Source: a virus (taxonomy: Duplodnaviria; Caudoviricetes). From it: DNA of 40,190 nt. The translations under genes were made by a program, and so were the position numbers. The notes below the pieces were generated by a model. It had not been told where the DNA came from. It did no database searches and worked only from the letters and a program-made list of their open reading frames with translations. The DNA is taken from positions 1 to 40,190 of the IMG/VR virus record IMGVR_UViG_3300049209_000010; one strand, 5' to 3'. Of this stretch, positions 1-8,385 are shown in pieces. Position 1 is the first letter of the stretch. Each line of letters starts with the position of its first letter.

Positions 1-129
1 GCCTACGCCTACGCCTCCGCCTACGCCGCCGCCGCCTCCGCCGACGCCTACGCCTCCGCCTACGCCGCCGCCGCCGCCGCCTCCGCCGACGCCTACGCCT
101 CCGCCTACGCCGCCGCCGCCGCCGCCGCC
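1..129 (+). repeat. Low-complexity coding repeat of GCC/TAC/TCC/GAC codons; units AYASAY-(A)n-SAD, n=4,6,7 (last unit lacks SAD)
   Basis: Units read directly at 7-45, 46-90, 91-129. Confidence 0.95.
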
Positions 130-207
130 GGAGCAGAGGCTAGGAAGAAGCAGGAAGCCAAGCTGCTGCAAATCCTTGAGGCTGGCCATTGGGTTGACGA
201 CAAATGA
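1..207 (+). CDS. 3' part of wrap-around Ala-rich repeat protein (continues 39667-40190)
   Basis: Frame 1 reads AYAYASAYAAAASAD...AGAEARKKQEAKLLQILEAGHWVDDK*, TGA 205-207 overlapping next ATG (204); not in ORF track. Confidence 0.85.
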   Translation, partial: AYAYASAYAAAASADAYASAYAAAAAASADAYASAYAAAAAAAGAEARKKQEAKLLQILEAGHWVDDK

Positions 208-425
208 AAACCCAGTGGAGCGTAGAGCGCCTAGACGCCGCCACAATCCTGATCTGCGAAAGCAACCTAGGCCAGTTCGCACGGATGATCACTGATGCGG
301 AGTTCAAGCATATCCACGATCCGGTTTGGCTATTTTGGTCGGCCATACTCGATTTGAAATATGCATGCCTTGGTCATTCCAAGTCGCAGGCCGAAGTCTA
401 TTCGATGTTGAGGAGTATCAAATGA
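204..425 (+). CDS. Hypothetical protein
   Basis: ATGA overlaps with both neighbours. Confidence 0.65.
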   Translation: MKTQWSVERLDAATILICESNLGQFARMITDAEFKHIHDPVWLFWSAILDLKYACLGHSKSQAEVYSMLRSIK

Positions 426-958
426 GCACAATGACTCAGGAAGAAATCGCAAAACTGTTTGATGGCGCGCCGGAAGGGGCTACGCATTTCCGTCCGGGCT
501 GTCATAAGTACGTGGCTCACTGGGTAAAGCTTGATGGCGAATCTCGCTATATGATCCGAGTAGACTGCGACAGCAATTTTATTGCTGACCCTACCCCTAG
601 GCCGCTGTCGGAATGCATCCCGCGCCCATCCTCTCCAGCCTGGAGCGGCCCGCAGGATGGGTTGCCTCCGGTTGGGATTGATCTGCAATGGTTTAGCCCG
701 GTGTACGGCTGGATCGGCGGCAAAGTGGTGGCGCATGACGGCCAAACAATTATCGTGCGCCACAATGACGGTTACGAAGGCTGCTATCTGCATAACGTGA
801 AAGCATGCCGCACACCAGAGCAGATAGCCGCAGATCAGCGGGAGGCGGCTATTAATGAAATGGTCGATGACTTGCAGCCTTCAAGCGGCGGAGCAACCAA
901 GCTAATTGCTGAGCGCTTCTATCTGGCCGGCTACCGCAAAGTTGAGCAGCCCAAATGA
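422..958 (+). CDS. Hypothetical phage protein (WSG..DGLPPVG..C/W-type)
   Basis: ATG 422 preceded by GAGGAG; ATGA coupling; start trimmed from ORF-track 326. Confidence 0.75.
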   Translation: MSTMTQEEIAKLFDGAPEGATHFRPGCHKYVAHWVKLDGESRYMIRVDCDSNFIADPTPRPLSECIPRPSSPAWSGPQDGLPPVGIDLQWFSPVYGWIGGKVVAHDGQTIIVRHNDGYEGCYLHNVKACRTPEQIAADQREAAINEMVDDLQPSSGGATKLIAERFYLAGYRKVEQPK

Positions 959-1338
959 GCGGCCTGACTGATAGGGAGTTGCTGGAAGGCGCGGCTAGGG
1001 CTGCTGGGTTTCAGCTTGATTATCTGTGCGATATGCCGCATATGATCGTCGAAGAGTGGAGCGGAGACCCAAGTCAGCATCCAGAGCAGCGGGCAATTGA
1101 ATGGAATCCGCTTAACGATGACGGCGACGCACTTCGACTGGCCGCGCAATTAAACCTTGGGCTAGTTACAGATGATCGAAGCATATGCGCAAAGACGATA
1201 ACCGGGGTTGAGCCAAGGGGATGCGCAAGCGGTGGCGGCGAGCATCGCTCATTTGGATTCGGTGAAAAAATGCAGATTATTCGCCGCTGCATAGTTCGCG
1301 CCGCCTATGAGATAGGGAGTGCCAGGCGGTATGGCTGA
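955..1338 (+). CDS. Hypothetical, NinX-like phage protein
   Basis: MTDRELLE..AARAAG and WNPLxDDGDALRLA motifs typical of nin-region proteins. Confidence 0.6.
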   Translation: MSGLTDRELLEGAARAAGFQLDYLCDMPHMIVEEWSGDPSQHPEQRAIEWNPLNDDGDALRLAAQLNLGLVTDDRSICAKTITGVEPRGCASGGGEHRSFGFGEKMQIIRRCIVRAAYEIGSARRYG

Positions 1339-1918
1339 CGTATGCCTTATCCGCACTGCTCAGGGTCTTGTTCCGGCTACAGAGGCAGACCGTGAGATTG
1401 TGCAGAAGTGGAAAGCCGGCGAGCGCGTGCATGGCAAGTTCGCCCGCATGCGCAACGGGAGATTCCATGGCAAGTTCTTCGCCATGCTTGAACTGTCGTA
1501 TGAGTACTGGGAGCCGAAAGGCGGTCTAGTGCCGCGCCAGGAAGCCAGAGGTATACATGGTCTGGCCAAGTACTTCGAAGAGTTAAACGGCAAGCCAGGG
1601 CAATTGCAGCATGCGGTAAAGGCGTACATTGAGAAGCTGGAGCTTGAGCGCGCCGAACGATTCCCGGCAGTCGATAAGAGCCGCGAAGCCTTTCGGGAGT
1701 GGGTGACGGTTGAGGCTGGGCACTTCGCTCTAGTGCAAACGCCTGACGGTGTACGCAAAGAGGCCAAGTCGATAGCTTGGGCGCAGATGGATGAGGATTC
1801 GTTCGGCCAGCTCTATCGGGATGTGTTCGCGGCGTGCTGGCGATTGGTCCTGTCTGCTCATTTCGAAACCGAGGCCGATGCTATGGCCGCTGCTGACATG
1901 ATGGGGAGTTTTGCGTGA
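1331..1918 (+). CDS. DUF1367 family protein
   Basis: RNGRFHGKFFAMLEL, KSREAFREWVTVEAGHF, KSIAWAQMDE motifs; next to ninG. Confidence 0.85.
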   Translation: MADVCLIRTAQGLVPATEADREIVQKWKAGERVHGKFARMRNGRFHGKFFAMLELSYEYWEPKGGLVPRQEARGIHGLAKYFEELNGKPGQLQHAVKAYIEKLELERAERFPAVDKSREAFREWVTVEAGHFALVQTPDGVRKEAKSIAWAQMDEDSFGQLYRDVFAACWRLVLSAHFETEADAMAAADMMGSFA

Positions 1919-2559
1919 TGCAGCAGAAACCGCCAAAGCCAAAGCGCTGCAAGTCGCCAGAGTGCCGGCAGATGTTCACGCCGCAAAACTCAATGCAGAC
2001 GGTTTGCCATTACAAGTGCGGGCTAGTGATAGCGGCCATTCAACGCAAGAAGCGTGAGGCGCAGTTGGCGCGCGAGGATAAGCGGGACACCAGAGAGCGC
2101 AAGGAAAAACTCAAGACCTATGGCGACCATGTTGCCGATGCAGAGAAGGCCGTCAGAGACTTTCGCCGGCTGGAAGAGTTAGCGCTGGGCAGCGGGTGCA
2201 TAAGCTGCGAAGCAAGTCAGGAAGAGGTCAAAGCGGCCCAAGGCTGGAAGATCGGCGGCGCATTCGATGCAGGGCATTGGATGGGCAAGGGCGCGCGTCC
2301 TGAGCTGCGCCTAGAGCCTCACAACATCTGGCTACAGTGCAAGGCATGCAATGGCGGGTCGGCAAAGTACGCGCGTAAGGGTGAGTCGGTCAAGGAAGGC
2401 TTTGAGGCCGGGGTAATTGCCAGGCTAGGCGAAGAGGCCGCGATGGCGCTCAAGCACGATCACCGGCCAAGGCATTACACCGTAGATCAGCTGAAGGCCA
2501 TAACCAAAGAGTACAGGGCGAAGGTGCGCGAACTGAAAAAGGCGCAAGATCATGTATAA
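1915..2559 (+). CDS. ninG: NinG/Rap recombination endonuclease
   Basis: KPKRCK..CxxF..QxVC..C, CISC, DAGH, ELR..PHNIWLQCKACN, YTVDQLKAI..YRAK motifs. Confidence 0.9.
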   Translation: MMQQKPPKPKRCKSPECRQMFTPQNSMQTVCHYKCGLVIAAIQRKKREAQLAREDKRDTRERKEKLKTYGDHVADAEKAVRDFRRLEELALGSGCISCEASQEEVKAAQGWKIGGAFDAGHWMGKGARPELRLEPHNIWLQCKACNGGSAKYARKGESVKEGFEAGVIARLGEEAAMALKHDHRPRHYTVDQLKAITKEYRAKVRELKKAQDHV

Positions 2560-2560
2560 T
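2533..2560 (+). promoter_or_regulatory. Candidate sigma70 promoter at the early/late boundary
   Basis: CTGAAA-16-TATAAT (perfect -10 at 2555-2560). Confidence 0.45.
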
Positions 2561-2590
2561 CAACCAACGGCAATACAGGGGAGTGACGGA

Positions 2591-2773
2591 ATGAATCAGC
2601 AAGAAGAGTTGGAAACGCTGCGAGCCAGCGAATCAATCAAGCACGCGAACCTGCAAGAGTTGGCGCGGCTGGTGTTTGAGTTTGGCGAGGTAGAAGGACT
2701 TGGCCCGAATTACGACGAATACAGCTACGCGCTTAACGCTATGACCGAATTTGCAAAAGGCGTCAAACAATGA
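2591..2773 (+). CDS. Hypothetical protein
   Basis: GGGGAG upstream of ATG 2591; ATGA coupling to next gene. Confidence 0.6.
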   Translation: MNQQEELETLRASESIKHANLQELARLVFEFGEVEGLGPNYDEYSYALNAMTEFAKGVKQ

Positions 2774-3021
2774 CCGACCTCAAGGTTGTTCCGCTGCATC
2801 AGAGCCAGTTCTCCGACCCAATCGCCGCGCTGAAAGAAATCGTAAAGCAACTAGAAAGCGGTGAGCAGTCACCATGCGTCACTGGCGTATTTGTCATGAT
2901 GGGAGCTGATGGCGGGGTGGAAACCTTCGGCTTTGGCCCGAAGTCGGAAGACTTGCACTGCATTGGCTTGATGCAGCTCGGTCAACAGGTGATCATGGAT
3001 TCTGCGCTTGGCCTCATGTGA
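2770..3021 (+). CDS. Hypothetical protein
   Basis: Coupled ORF of 83 aa. Confidence 0.7.
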   Translation: MTDLKVVPLHQSQFSDPIAALKEIVKQLESGEQSPCVTGVFVMMGADGGVETFGFGPKSEDLHCIGLMQLGQQVIMDSALGLM

Positions 3022-3052
3022 CCAAGTAATGCCAACCAAAAGGAATTACGCG

Positions 3053-3157
3053 ATGAGCAAGAAGAAACCAGCAAAACCAGCAAAGAAACCAGCGCCAAGC
3101 TTTATGCCTAAGCCTAAATCGACCAAGAAAGACGGTCTAGGAAGTTATCGGCAATGA
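3053..3157 (+). CDS. 34-aa Lys/Pro-rich basic peptide (MSKKKPAKPAKKPAPSFMPKPKSTKKDGLGSYRQ)
   Basis: AAGGA RBS, stop overlaps ATG 3154; below ORF-track cutoff. Confidence 0.6.
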   Translation: MSKKKPAKPAKKPAPSFMPKPKSTKKDGLGSYRQ

Positions 3158-3537
3158 GCATAGAAGCGTGGGTGTGCGTTGCCGGCATCCTGCTATCGGT
3201 AGTGGTGGCGCGAGATATCGCCATCCACTACTCGGCGCTGCTGATCGCTAACTTGGCGCTGACTACCGGGTACGTGTACGACAGCACGCTGATTGCTCTG
3301 GTGTTCGGCATGATCGCCCTAGTCGATTCCTTCCTTGGCCTGATCTACGGGCGCACAGTCTTCCTTGTCTCGGCCGCCATCGCCGGCATGGTCTCGTTTG
3401 AACAACTCCTAAACCTTGATACACTCCTTAACAATCTGATCTACGCCGATGCATGCATTACGGCTTGGATAATCATCATATTGGCTATGGAGTGGCGCAA
3501 TTGGGCGAACTCAAAGCGCTTATCGTCGTCGCCATAG
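3154..3537 (+). CDS. Multi-pass membrane protein (possible holin-module component)
   Basis: About 4-5 hydrophobic segments, basic C-terminal tail. Confidence 0.65.
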   Translation: MSIEAWVCVAGILLSVVVARDIAIHYSALLIANLALTTGYVYDSTLIALVFGMIALVDSFLGLIYGRTVFLVSAAIAGMVSFEQLLNLDTLLNNLIYADACITAWIIIILAMEWRNWANSKRLSSSP

Positions 3538-3600
3538 TCGTCGTATTCGCAATTGTCATCCTTCACGTAAGGGATGGACGAAAGATCAAGAGGTTTCACG

Positions 3601-3966
3601 ATGCCCGATCAAAACTCACTGGTGATGGAGGAAATGCGAGCAATCAAAGCGATGCACGTTGACAGCATGTCGAAGCTTGGCGAGCTGTGCAGCGACGTGA
3701 GGGCCTTGGTGATCGAATTGCGCCATACCCAGAAGGGGTTTGAGGACTTGACCGGTCGGGTCATTGAGGTTGAGAAGCAAACTCACGCCATGCAGATTGA
3801 GAACGCCACGAACAGGCCGATTCTTGAGATTGCGCGCAGCATGAATCGAAATGTCTGGCTAGCGATAGGCGCGGCAGTCCTGGCAGTGGCGGGGACAAAC
3901 TATGACAAGTTGTCTGGCGGCGAAAGTACTGCTAAGCCAGCGCAAGTCCAAGAAAGCAGGCAGTAA
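3601..3966 (+). CDS. Coiled-coil protein with single C-terminal TM helix (holin/antiholin-like)
   Basis: GAGGT RBS before ATG 3601; heptad-like region then VWLAIGAAVLAVAG. Confidence 0.6.
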   Translation: MPDQNSLVMEEMRAIKAMHVDSMSKLGELCSDVRALVIELRHTQKGFEDLTGRVIEVEKQTHAMQIENATNRPILEIARSMNRNVWLAIGAAVLAVAGTNYDKLSGGESTAKPAQVQESRQ

Positions 3967-4025
3967 ATGATGCGCGACGACTACGAGGGCTTTTAAGTGA
4001 GCAAATCCGATAGAGGGCAGGCCTG

Positions 4026-4130
4026 ATGATTAAAGAAAGGTTCTGGGATTACGTGATTATTTCCTTTGGCGGAATCGGCGTTGGTGCAGCGTTTGGCGTA
4101 TTGATCTGTAAGTATTGCGGGGCTTTCTGA
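4026..4130 (+). CDS. 34-aa single-TM peptide (MIKERFWDYVIISFGGIGVGAAFGVLICKYCGAF)
   Basis: GAGGG upstream, ends 1 nt before terS ATG. Confidence 0.45.
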   Translation: MIKERFWDYVIISFGGIGVGAAFGVLICKYCGAF

Positions 4131-4131
4131 C

Positions 4132-4530
4132 ATGGCAGGCGGGCGACCAAGCATCTACACACCAGAACTGCTAGAGAAGGCGCGTGATTACGTCCTGAAC
4201 TATGCGGACTACGGCGACCGTATACCGAGCATCGCTGGCCTTGCGTGTGAGCTGAGTATTAGTCGAGAAACCTGTCATACGTGGGCAAAAGAAGGGGATA
4301 AACCTGAGTTTTCTGACATTGTTAGGGATATCGCCCAGGCGCAAGAGCGAAAACTGCTGAATGGCGGCCTTTCTGGTGACTTCAACCCGACGATTGCCAA
4401 GCTGGTTATGACCAAGCACGGGTATACAGACAAGCTGGAAACCGAGCACAGCGGCTCGATCAATTTCACCGACTTGACGGAGGAAGACCTTGACCGCCGC
4501 ATTGAAGCTCTCAAGAACGCAGAAGGTTGA
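4132..4530 (+). CDS. terS: Terminase small subunit (P22 gp3-like)
   Basis: GRPSIYTPE, PSIAGLA..L.ISRET..W, GLSGDFNPTIAKL..HGY.DK; upstream of large subunit. Confidence 0.9.
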   Translation: MAGGRPSIYTPELLEKARDYVLNYADYGDRIPSIAGLACELSISRETCHTWAKEGDKPEFSDIVRDIAQAQERKLLNGGLSGDFNPTIAKLVMTKHGYTDKLETEHSGSINFTDLTEEDLDRRIEALKNAEG

Positions 4531-5944
4531 GCTGCTTCAACTTCTGGAGGAAAAGAAAAAGCGTCAGGCTAAACGGCTGGCGCTTTTGCAGTTTGAGAGC
4601 TTGTATGACTGGCAATTGAAGTTTGCCGGAGCTACCGCCACGCATTACGCGGCCATGCTCATGGCTGCGAACCAAGTCGGGAAGACGCGCACAGGGCTGA
4701 CCATCGATGCCCTGCACCTACTTGGTGATTATCCTGCTAGCTACCCTGGCCACAGATTCGATCACGCGCCACGCTGCTGGCTGCTCGGTTATTCCATGGT
4801 GAAGACGCGCGACCTGTTACAGGCTGCTCTGTTCGGTCGCCTTGAGGCTGGCAAGTGGACTGGCGGACTGATACCGGCTGATCGGATTGTCGATTGGCGC
4901 TCAGCCATTGGTACGCCGGGTGCAATGAGCGAGGTTCGCGTCAAGCACTCAAGCGGCGGCGTTGCCGTCTGTCAGTTCTGGTCTTACAGCCAAGGCCAGC
5001 ACGCCCTAATGGGTGACGTGGTTGACTGGTATCACATCGACGAAGAACCCAAAGACAAGAATATTTATCCACAGGTTATTACGCGGACGATCAACGGCGA
5101 CAAGGGGAAAGGCGGTCGCGGCATCCTGACCTTTACCCCGGAGAACGGACGCACTGAGCTTGTCGTCAAGTTTATGGACACGCCCGACCCGTCGCAGTAC
5201 ATCCAGCGCGCGACATGGGATGATGCCAAGCACTTGAACGCCGACATGAAGGCGGCACTGATTGGCTCATATCCTGAATGGCAGCGCGATATGCGCACAA
5301 AAGGTCTGCCGCTGCTGGGTGCCGGTCTGATCTTTGACTTCGGCGACGATCAGATTAAGTGCCAGCCATTCGAATGCCCGCCGCATTACTGGGTTGTTAA
5401 CGGCATGGACTTCGGCTGGGATCACCCGCAGGCGCATGTGCAGCTATGGATTGATCGTGACATGGACGTGATCTATGTGGCTCAAGCCTGGAAGAAGTCA
5501 CGCGTCACACCTTCGACTGTGTGGGGCGCTATCAAGGCGTGGTGCCTTGGTGTTCCGACGGCATGGCCGCATGACGGATTGCAGACAGAGAAAGGCAGCG
5601 GTGAGCAGCAGAAGAAAGCCTACGTCGATGCAGGCTGGCAGATGATGCCGGAGCATGCGACCTGGCAGGCTGGCGGCAACGGCGTGGAGATTGGCCTAGT
5701 CGAACTTTACGAACGCATGACCACCGGTCGGCTCAAGGTATTCAGCACTCTCTCTGACTGGTTTGAGGAAAAACTGAACTACCATAGGGACGAATCTGGC
5801 AATATAGTTAAAATCAATGACGACCTGCTTTCAGCAACAAGATATGCATACATGATGCGCAGGTATGCGAAGCAGAAGAAGGACATCACAGGTGCCGCTG
5901 TCGTCGCACACATTCCACGTCCGATCCGGCCAATGGGCAGATAA
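4490..5944 (+). CDS. terL: Terminase large subunit, P22-like headful
   Basis: Walker A MAANQVGKT, Walker B HIDEEP, TFTPENG, nuclease GMDFGWDHP, NDDLLSATRYA; TTG start with GGAGGA. Confidence 0.97.
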   Translation: MTAALKLSRTQKVELLQLLEEKKKRQAKRLALLQFESLYDWQLKFAGATATHYAAMLMAANQVGKTRTGLTIDALHLLGDYPASYPGHRFDHAPRCWLLGYSMVKTRDLLQAALFGRLEAGKWTGGLIPADRIVDWRSAIGTPGAMSEVRVKHSSGGVAVCQFWSYSQGQHALMGDVVDWYHIDEEPKDKNIYPQVITRTINGDKGKGGRGILTFTPENGRTELVVKFMDTPDPSQYIQRATWDDAKHLNADMKAALIGSYPEWQRDMRTKGLPLLGAGLIFDFGDDQIKCQPFECPPHYWVVNGMDFGWDHPQAHVQLWIDRDMDVIYVAQAWKKSRVTPSTVWGAIKAWCLGVPTAWPHDGLQTEKGSGEQQKKAYVDAGWQMMPEHATWQAGGNGVEIGLVELYERMTTGRLKVFSTLSDWFEEKLNYHRDESGNIVKINDDLLSATRYAYMMRRYAKQKKDITGAAVVAHIPRPIRPMGR

Positions 5945-5945
5945 A

Positions 5946-8132
5946 ATGCTGACACTCAAGAAGCTACAGGAATTGCAGGGCAAGGCGTATTGCCACGGCC
6001 AGGACACACGCCTTAAAGCGTCTGACGACATGCTGTTCTACCACGTCAGTCAGTGGGACTCGGCAATCCTGGGCGAGACCACGCTGCAATACCGTGGCGA
6101 GTTCAACATTCTGCGCAAGGCTGGCCGCCAGATCATGGCCGACCTTCGGGCCAACCCGGTTCAGGTCAACTTCAAGCCCAAGAGCGATTCGCGCGAGGAT
6201 GGCGCGGATATCATCGACGGCCTGTACCTCTCAGACGACCGAACCAACACATCGCTTGAGGCTTACGATAACGCCGTAGGTGAAGCCGTAGTGTGTGGGG
6301 TTGGGGCATGGGAGCTTTACACCGAGTACGCCAGCAACAGGGCCGGCGTAGACAATCAGGTGATCCGCCGTCGCCCGGTCTATGAGGCCAACAACAACTG
6401 CTTCTGGGACCCAAACGCTAAGCGCTTGGACAAGTCCGACGCAATGTACGTGTCGATCCTTGAGGCGTATTCGCCTGGCGGGTACGAACAACTCAAGCGT
6501 GACCTTGGCCGTGACACAGACGATTACGACGATGAGGGTGACGAAGAGTTAGGTGAAGACTGCGAGCGCCCTGCCGACTTCGCATTCCCTGAGCAGTCGT
6601 ATGGCTTCCCTTGGCGCAGCAGTGGCAACGATCTGATCTACATCGCCCGTTTCTACCATCGCCGCAAGGTCAAGGACAAGGTCATCACCCTGATTGACCC
6701 GCTCGGTCAGCCGCTGGTGCTGCGCGAGTCTGATCTAGTCGAGGTCATGGACGAGCTGATCGACGCTGGCTACAAGATCGAAAGCGAGCGCGAGTTTAAG
6801 CGCTGGGAGGTTCGCCTATACATCGCATCCGGTGAGGCGATCCTTAACGGCAAGGAAGGCCCTGACGGCGAGCGCGAAGGCGAAGTCATTGCCGGCGAGA
6901 ACCTGCCAGTCGTGCCGACCTATGGCGAGCGCGCGTTTGTCGAGGGAGAGGAGTGCTATGAGGGCATTACCCGCCTAGCCAAAGACCCGCAGCGCCTGCG
7001 TAACTTCCAGATGAGCTACCTGGCCGATATCGTCAGCCGCTCGCCACGCCCTAAGCCAATGTTCTATGCCGAGCAGTTGCAAGGCTTTGAGAAGATGTAT
7101 GAAGAGGCGGGCGCGGATAACAACTACCCGTATTACTTGCAGAACCGATTGGCAGCGTCTGGCGAGCCACTTCCAGGCGGCCCTGTTGGTGTAATGCCCG
7201 AGCAGACCATGCCGCAAGCACTTGGCGTGATGATCGAACTGACGCGCCAGGCCGTGGAAGACGTGGCCAACCCTGGGCTGCCGCAGGATATTGCTGACCC
7301 TGACCTGTCAGGCAAAGCCGTTATCGCCCTGACTAACCGCCTTGATCAACAGTCCATCGTCTATCAGCAGAACCTAAAGCACGCTAAGCGCCGCGACGCT
7401 GAGGTATACGCATCCATGGCGGTAGAAGTGTACGACGCCCCGCGCGACGTTACCCTGACCCTGCCAGACGGCACTACCAAGAATGCCAAGATCATGGAGG
7501 CCGTGCAGGACAAGCAGACCGGTGAATTGGTATTCCTGAACGACCTGACAAACACTGAATACGACGTCTTCGCAGAGATTGGCCCGAGCTACGCGACCAA
7601 GAAAGAGCAGACGATTGACCAACTCACTCGCATGGCTGAGGGCTTGGCCGCGTTCAATCCTCAGATGGCGCAGTCTCTCATCCTGCAATCCCTGACGCTT
7701 ATTGACGGCATCAACATGGAGCAAGTACGCAAGGCCGCCCGTAAGCAGCTGATCCAAGCCGGCTTTGTAGAGCCTGAGACTGACGAAGAGAAAGCCATGA
7801 TGGAACAGATGGCGAACGCGCCTAAACAACCGGACGCCAACATGCTGCTGGCCCAAGCCGAGCTGCTCAAAGGCCAGGCCGCCCAGATGGATACCGAGCG
7901 CAAGGCTATCAACGATCAGCAGACCGCGCAGAACAACGCAGCCAAGACGCAGATTGACGCATTCCGCGCAGAGACTGATCGCGCAGCAGTGCAAGTTGAC
8001 GCTCAGAAGATCGGGGCGGAAATCAACTACAAGCAGGTTCAAACAGCAGGCCAGGTTATCGACAACGCCACGAAGATTGGAAGCGCACTGCGTGGTCGTG
8101 TTCAGCCTCGATTGCAACAGCAGGGAATGTAG
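5946..8132 (+). CDS. Portal protein (P22 gp1-like, with C-terminal barrel)
   Basis: Follows terL; WDPNAKRLDKSDA, AKDPQRLRN, YDV..EIGPSYATKKE, Gln/Ala-rich helical tail; start trimmed to ATG 5946. Confidence 0.93.
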   Translation: MLTLKKLQELQGKAYCHGQDTRLKASDDMLFYHVSQWDSAILGETTLQYRGEFNILRKAGRQIMADLRANPVQVNFKPKSDSREDGADIIDGLYLSDDRTNTSLEAYDNAVGEAVVCGVGAWELYTEYASNRAGVDNQVIRRRPVYEANNNCFWDPNAKRLDKSDAMYVSILEAYSPGGYEQLKRDLGRDTDDYDDEGDEELGEDCERPADFAFPEQSYGFPWRSSGNDLIYIARFYHRRKVKDKVITLIDPLGQPLVLRESDLVEVMDELIDAGYKIESEREFKRWEVRLYIASGEAILNGKEGPDGEREGEVIAGENLPVVPTYGERAFVEGEECYEGITRLAKDPQRLRNFQMSYLADIVSRSPRPKPMFYAEQLQGFEKMYEEAGADNNYPYYLQNRLAASGEPLPGGPVGVMPEQTMPQALGVMIELTRQAVEDVANPGLPQDIADPDLSGKAVIALTNRLDQQSIVYQQNLKHAKRRDAEVYASMAVEVYDAPRDVTLTLPDGTTKNAKIMEAVQDKQTGELVFLNDLTNTEYDVFAEIGPSYATKKEQTIDQLTRMAEGLAAFNPQMAQSLILQSLTLIDGINMEQVRKAARKQLIQAGFVEPETDEEKAMMEQMANAPKQPDANMLLAQAELLKGQAAQMDTERKAINDQQTAQNNAAKTQIDAFRAETDRAAVQVDAQKIGAEINYKQVQTAGQVIDNATKIGSALRGRVQPRLQQQGM

Positions 8133-8139
8133 CTACACT
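8112..8139 (+). promoter_or_regulatory. Candidate sigma70 promoter for intergenic RNA
   Basis: TTGCAA(8112-8117)-16-TACACT(8134-8139). Confidence 0.5.
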
Positions 8140-8144
8140 GTAAT

Positions 8145-8243
8145 CAGCCGGATGGCCGGCAACGCATAAGGCTGCACCGTGGCGCGGCTTGATGCCATTA
8201 GGCAGACCACCACGGAACTAGACCCGCTTCGGCGGGTCTTTTT
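8145..8243 (+). ncRNA. Putative ~100-nt structured small RNA with k-turn
   Basis: Promoter upstream, terminator downstream; CCGUGG/CCACGG stem enclosing GG-CUU-GA-UGCC-auua-GGCA-GA-CC. Confidence 0.45.
8220..8243 (+). terminator. Rho-independent terminator
   Basis: GACCCGC-TTCG-GCGGGTC followed by T5. Confidence 0.9.
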
Positions 8244-8277
8244 ATGCCTGTGATATTTGCGGAATCTATCGGCTGAC

Positions 8278-8305
8278 TTGACGCGATAGTCTGGCGTGAT
8301 ACGCT
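8278..8305 (+). promoter_or_regulatory. Candidate sigma70 promoter for scaffold/coat
   Basis: TTGACG-16-TACGCT with extended -10 TG. Confidence 0.55.
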
Positions 8306-8385
8306 ACAAACCACTGAGGCGAACAGGTAAAACGCAATCCTACCAGCGGGTAATCACTGGGCCATCGTTACCAAGCGAGCAAAAT

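Noticed and set aside
3453-3662. 69-aa overlapping TM ORF as embedded spanin
   Set aside because: No lipobox or clear RBS; overlaps two better-supported genes, although it cannot be fully excluded
7374-8117. 247-aa minus-strand ORF and similar antisense ORFs over portal, coat, ejection and coiled-coil genes
   Set aside because: Shadow frames of strongly biased genes; no RBS or motifs
8296-8385. GTG start of scaffold at 8296
   Set aside because: Lies within the promoter candidate with no RBS; ATG 8386 preferred, though its SD is weak
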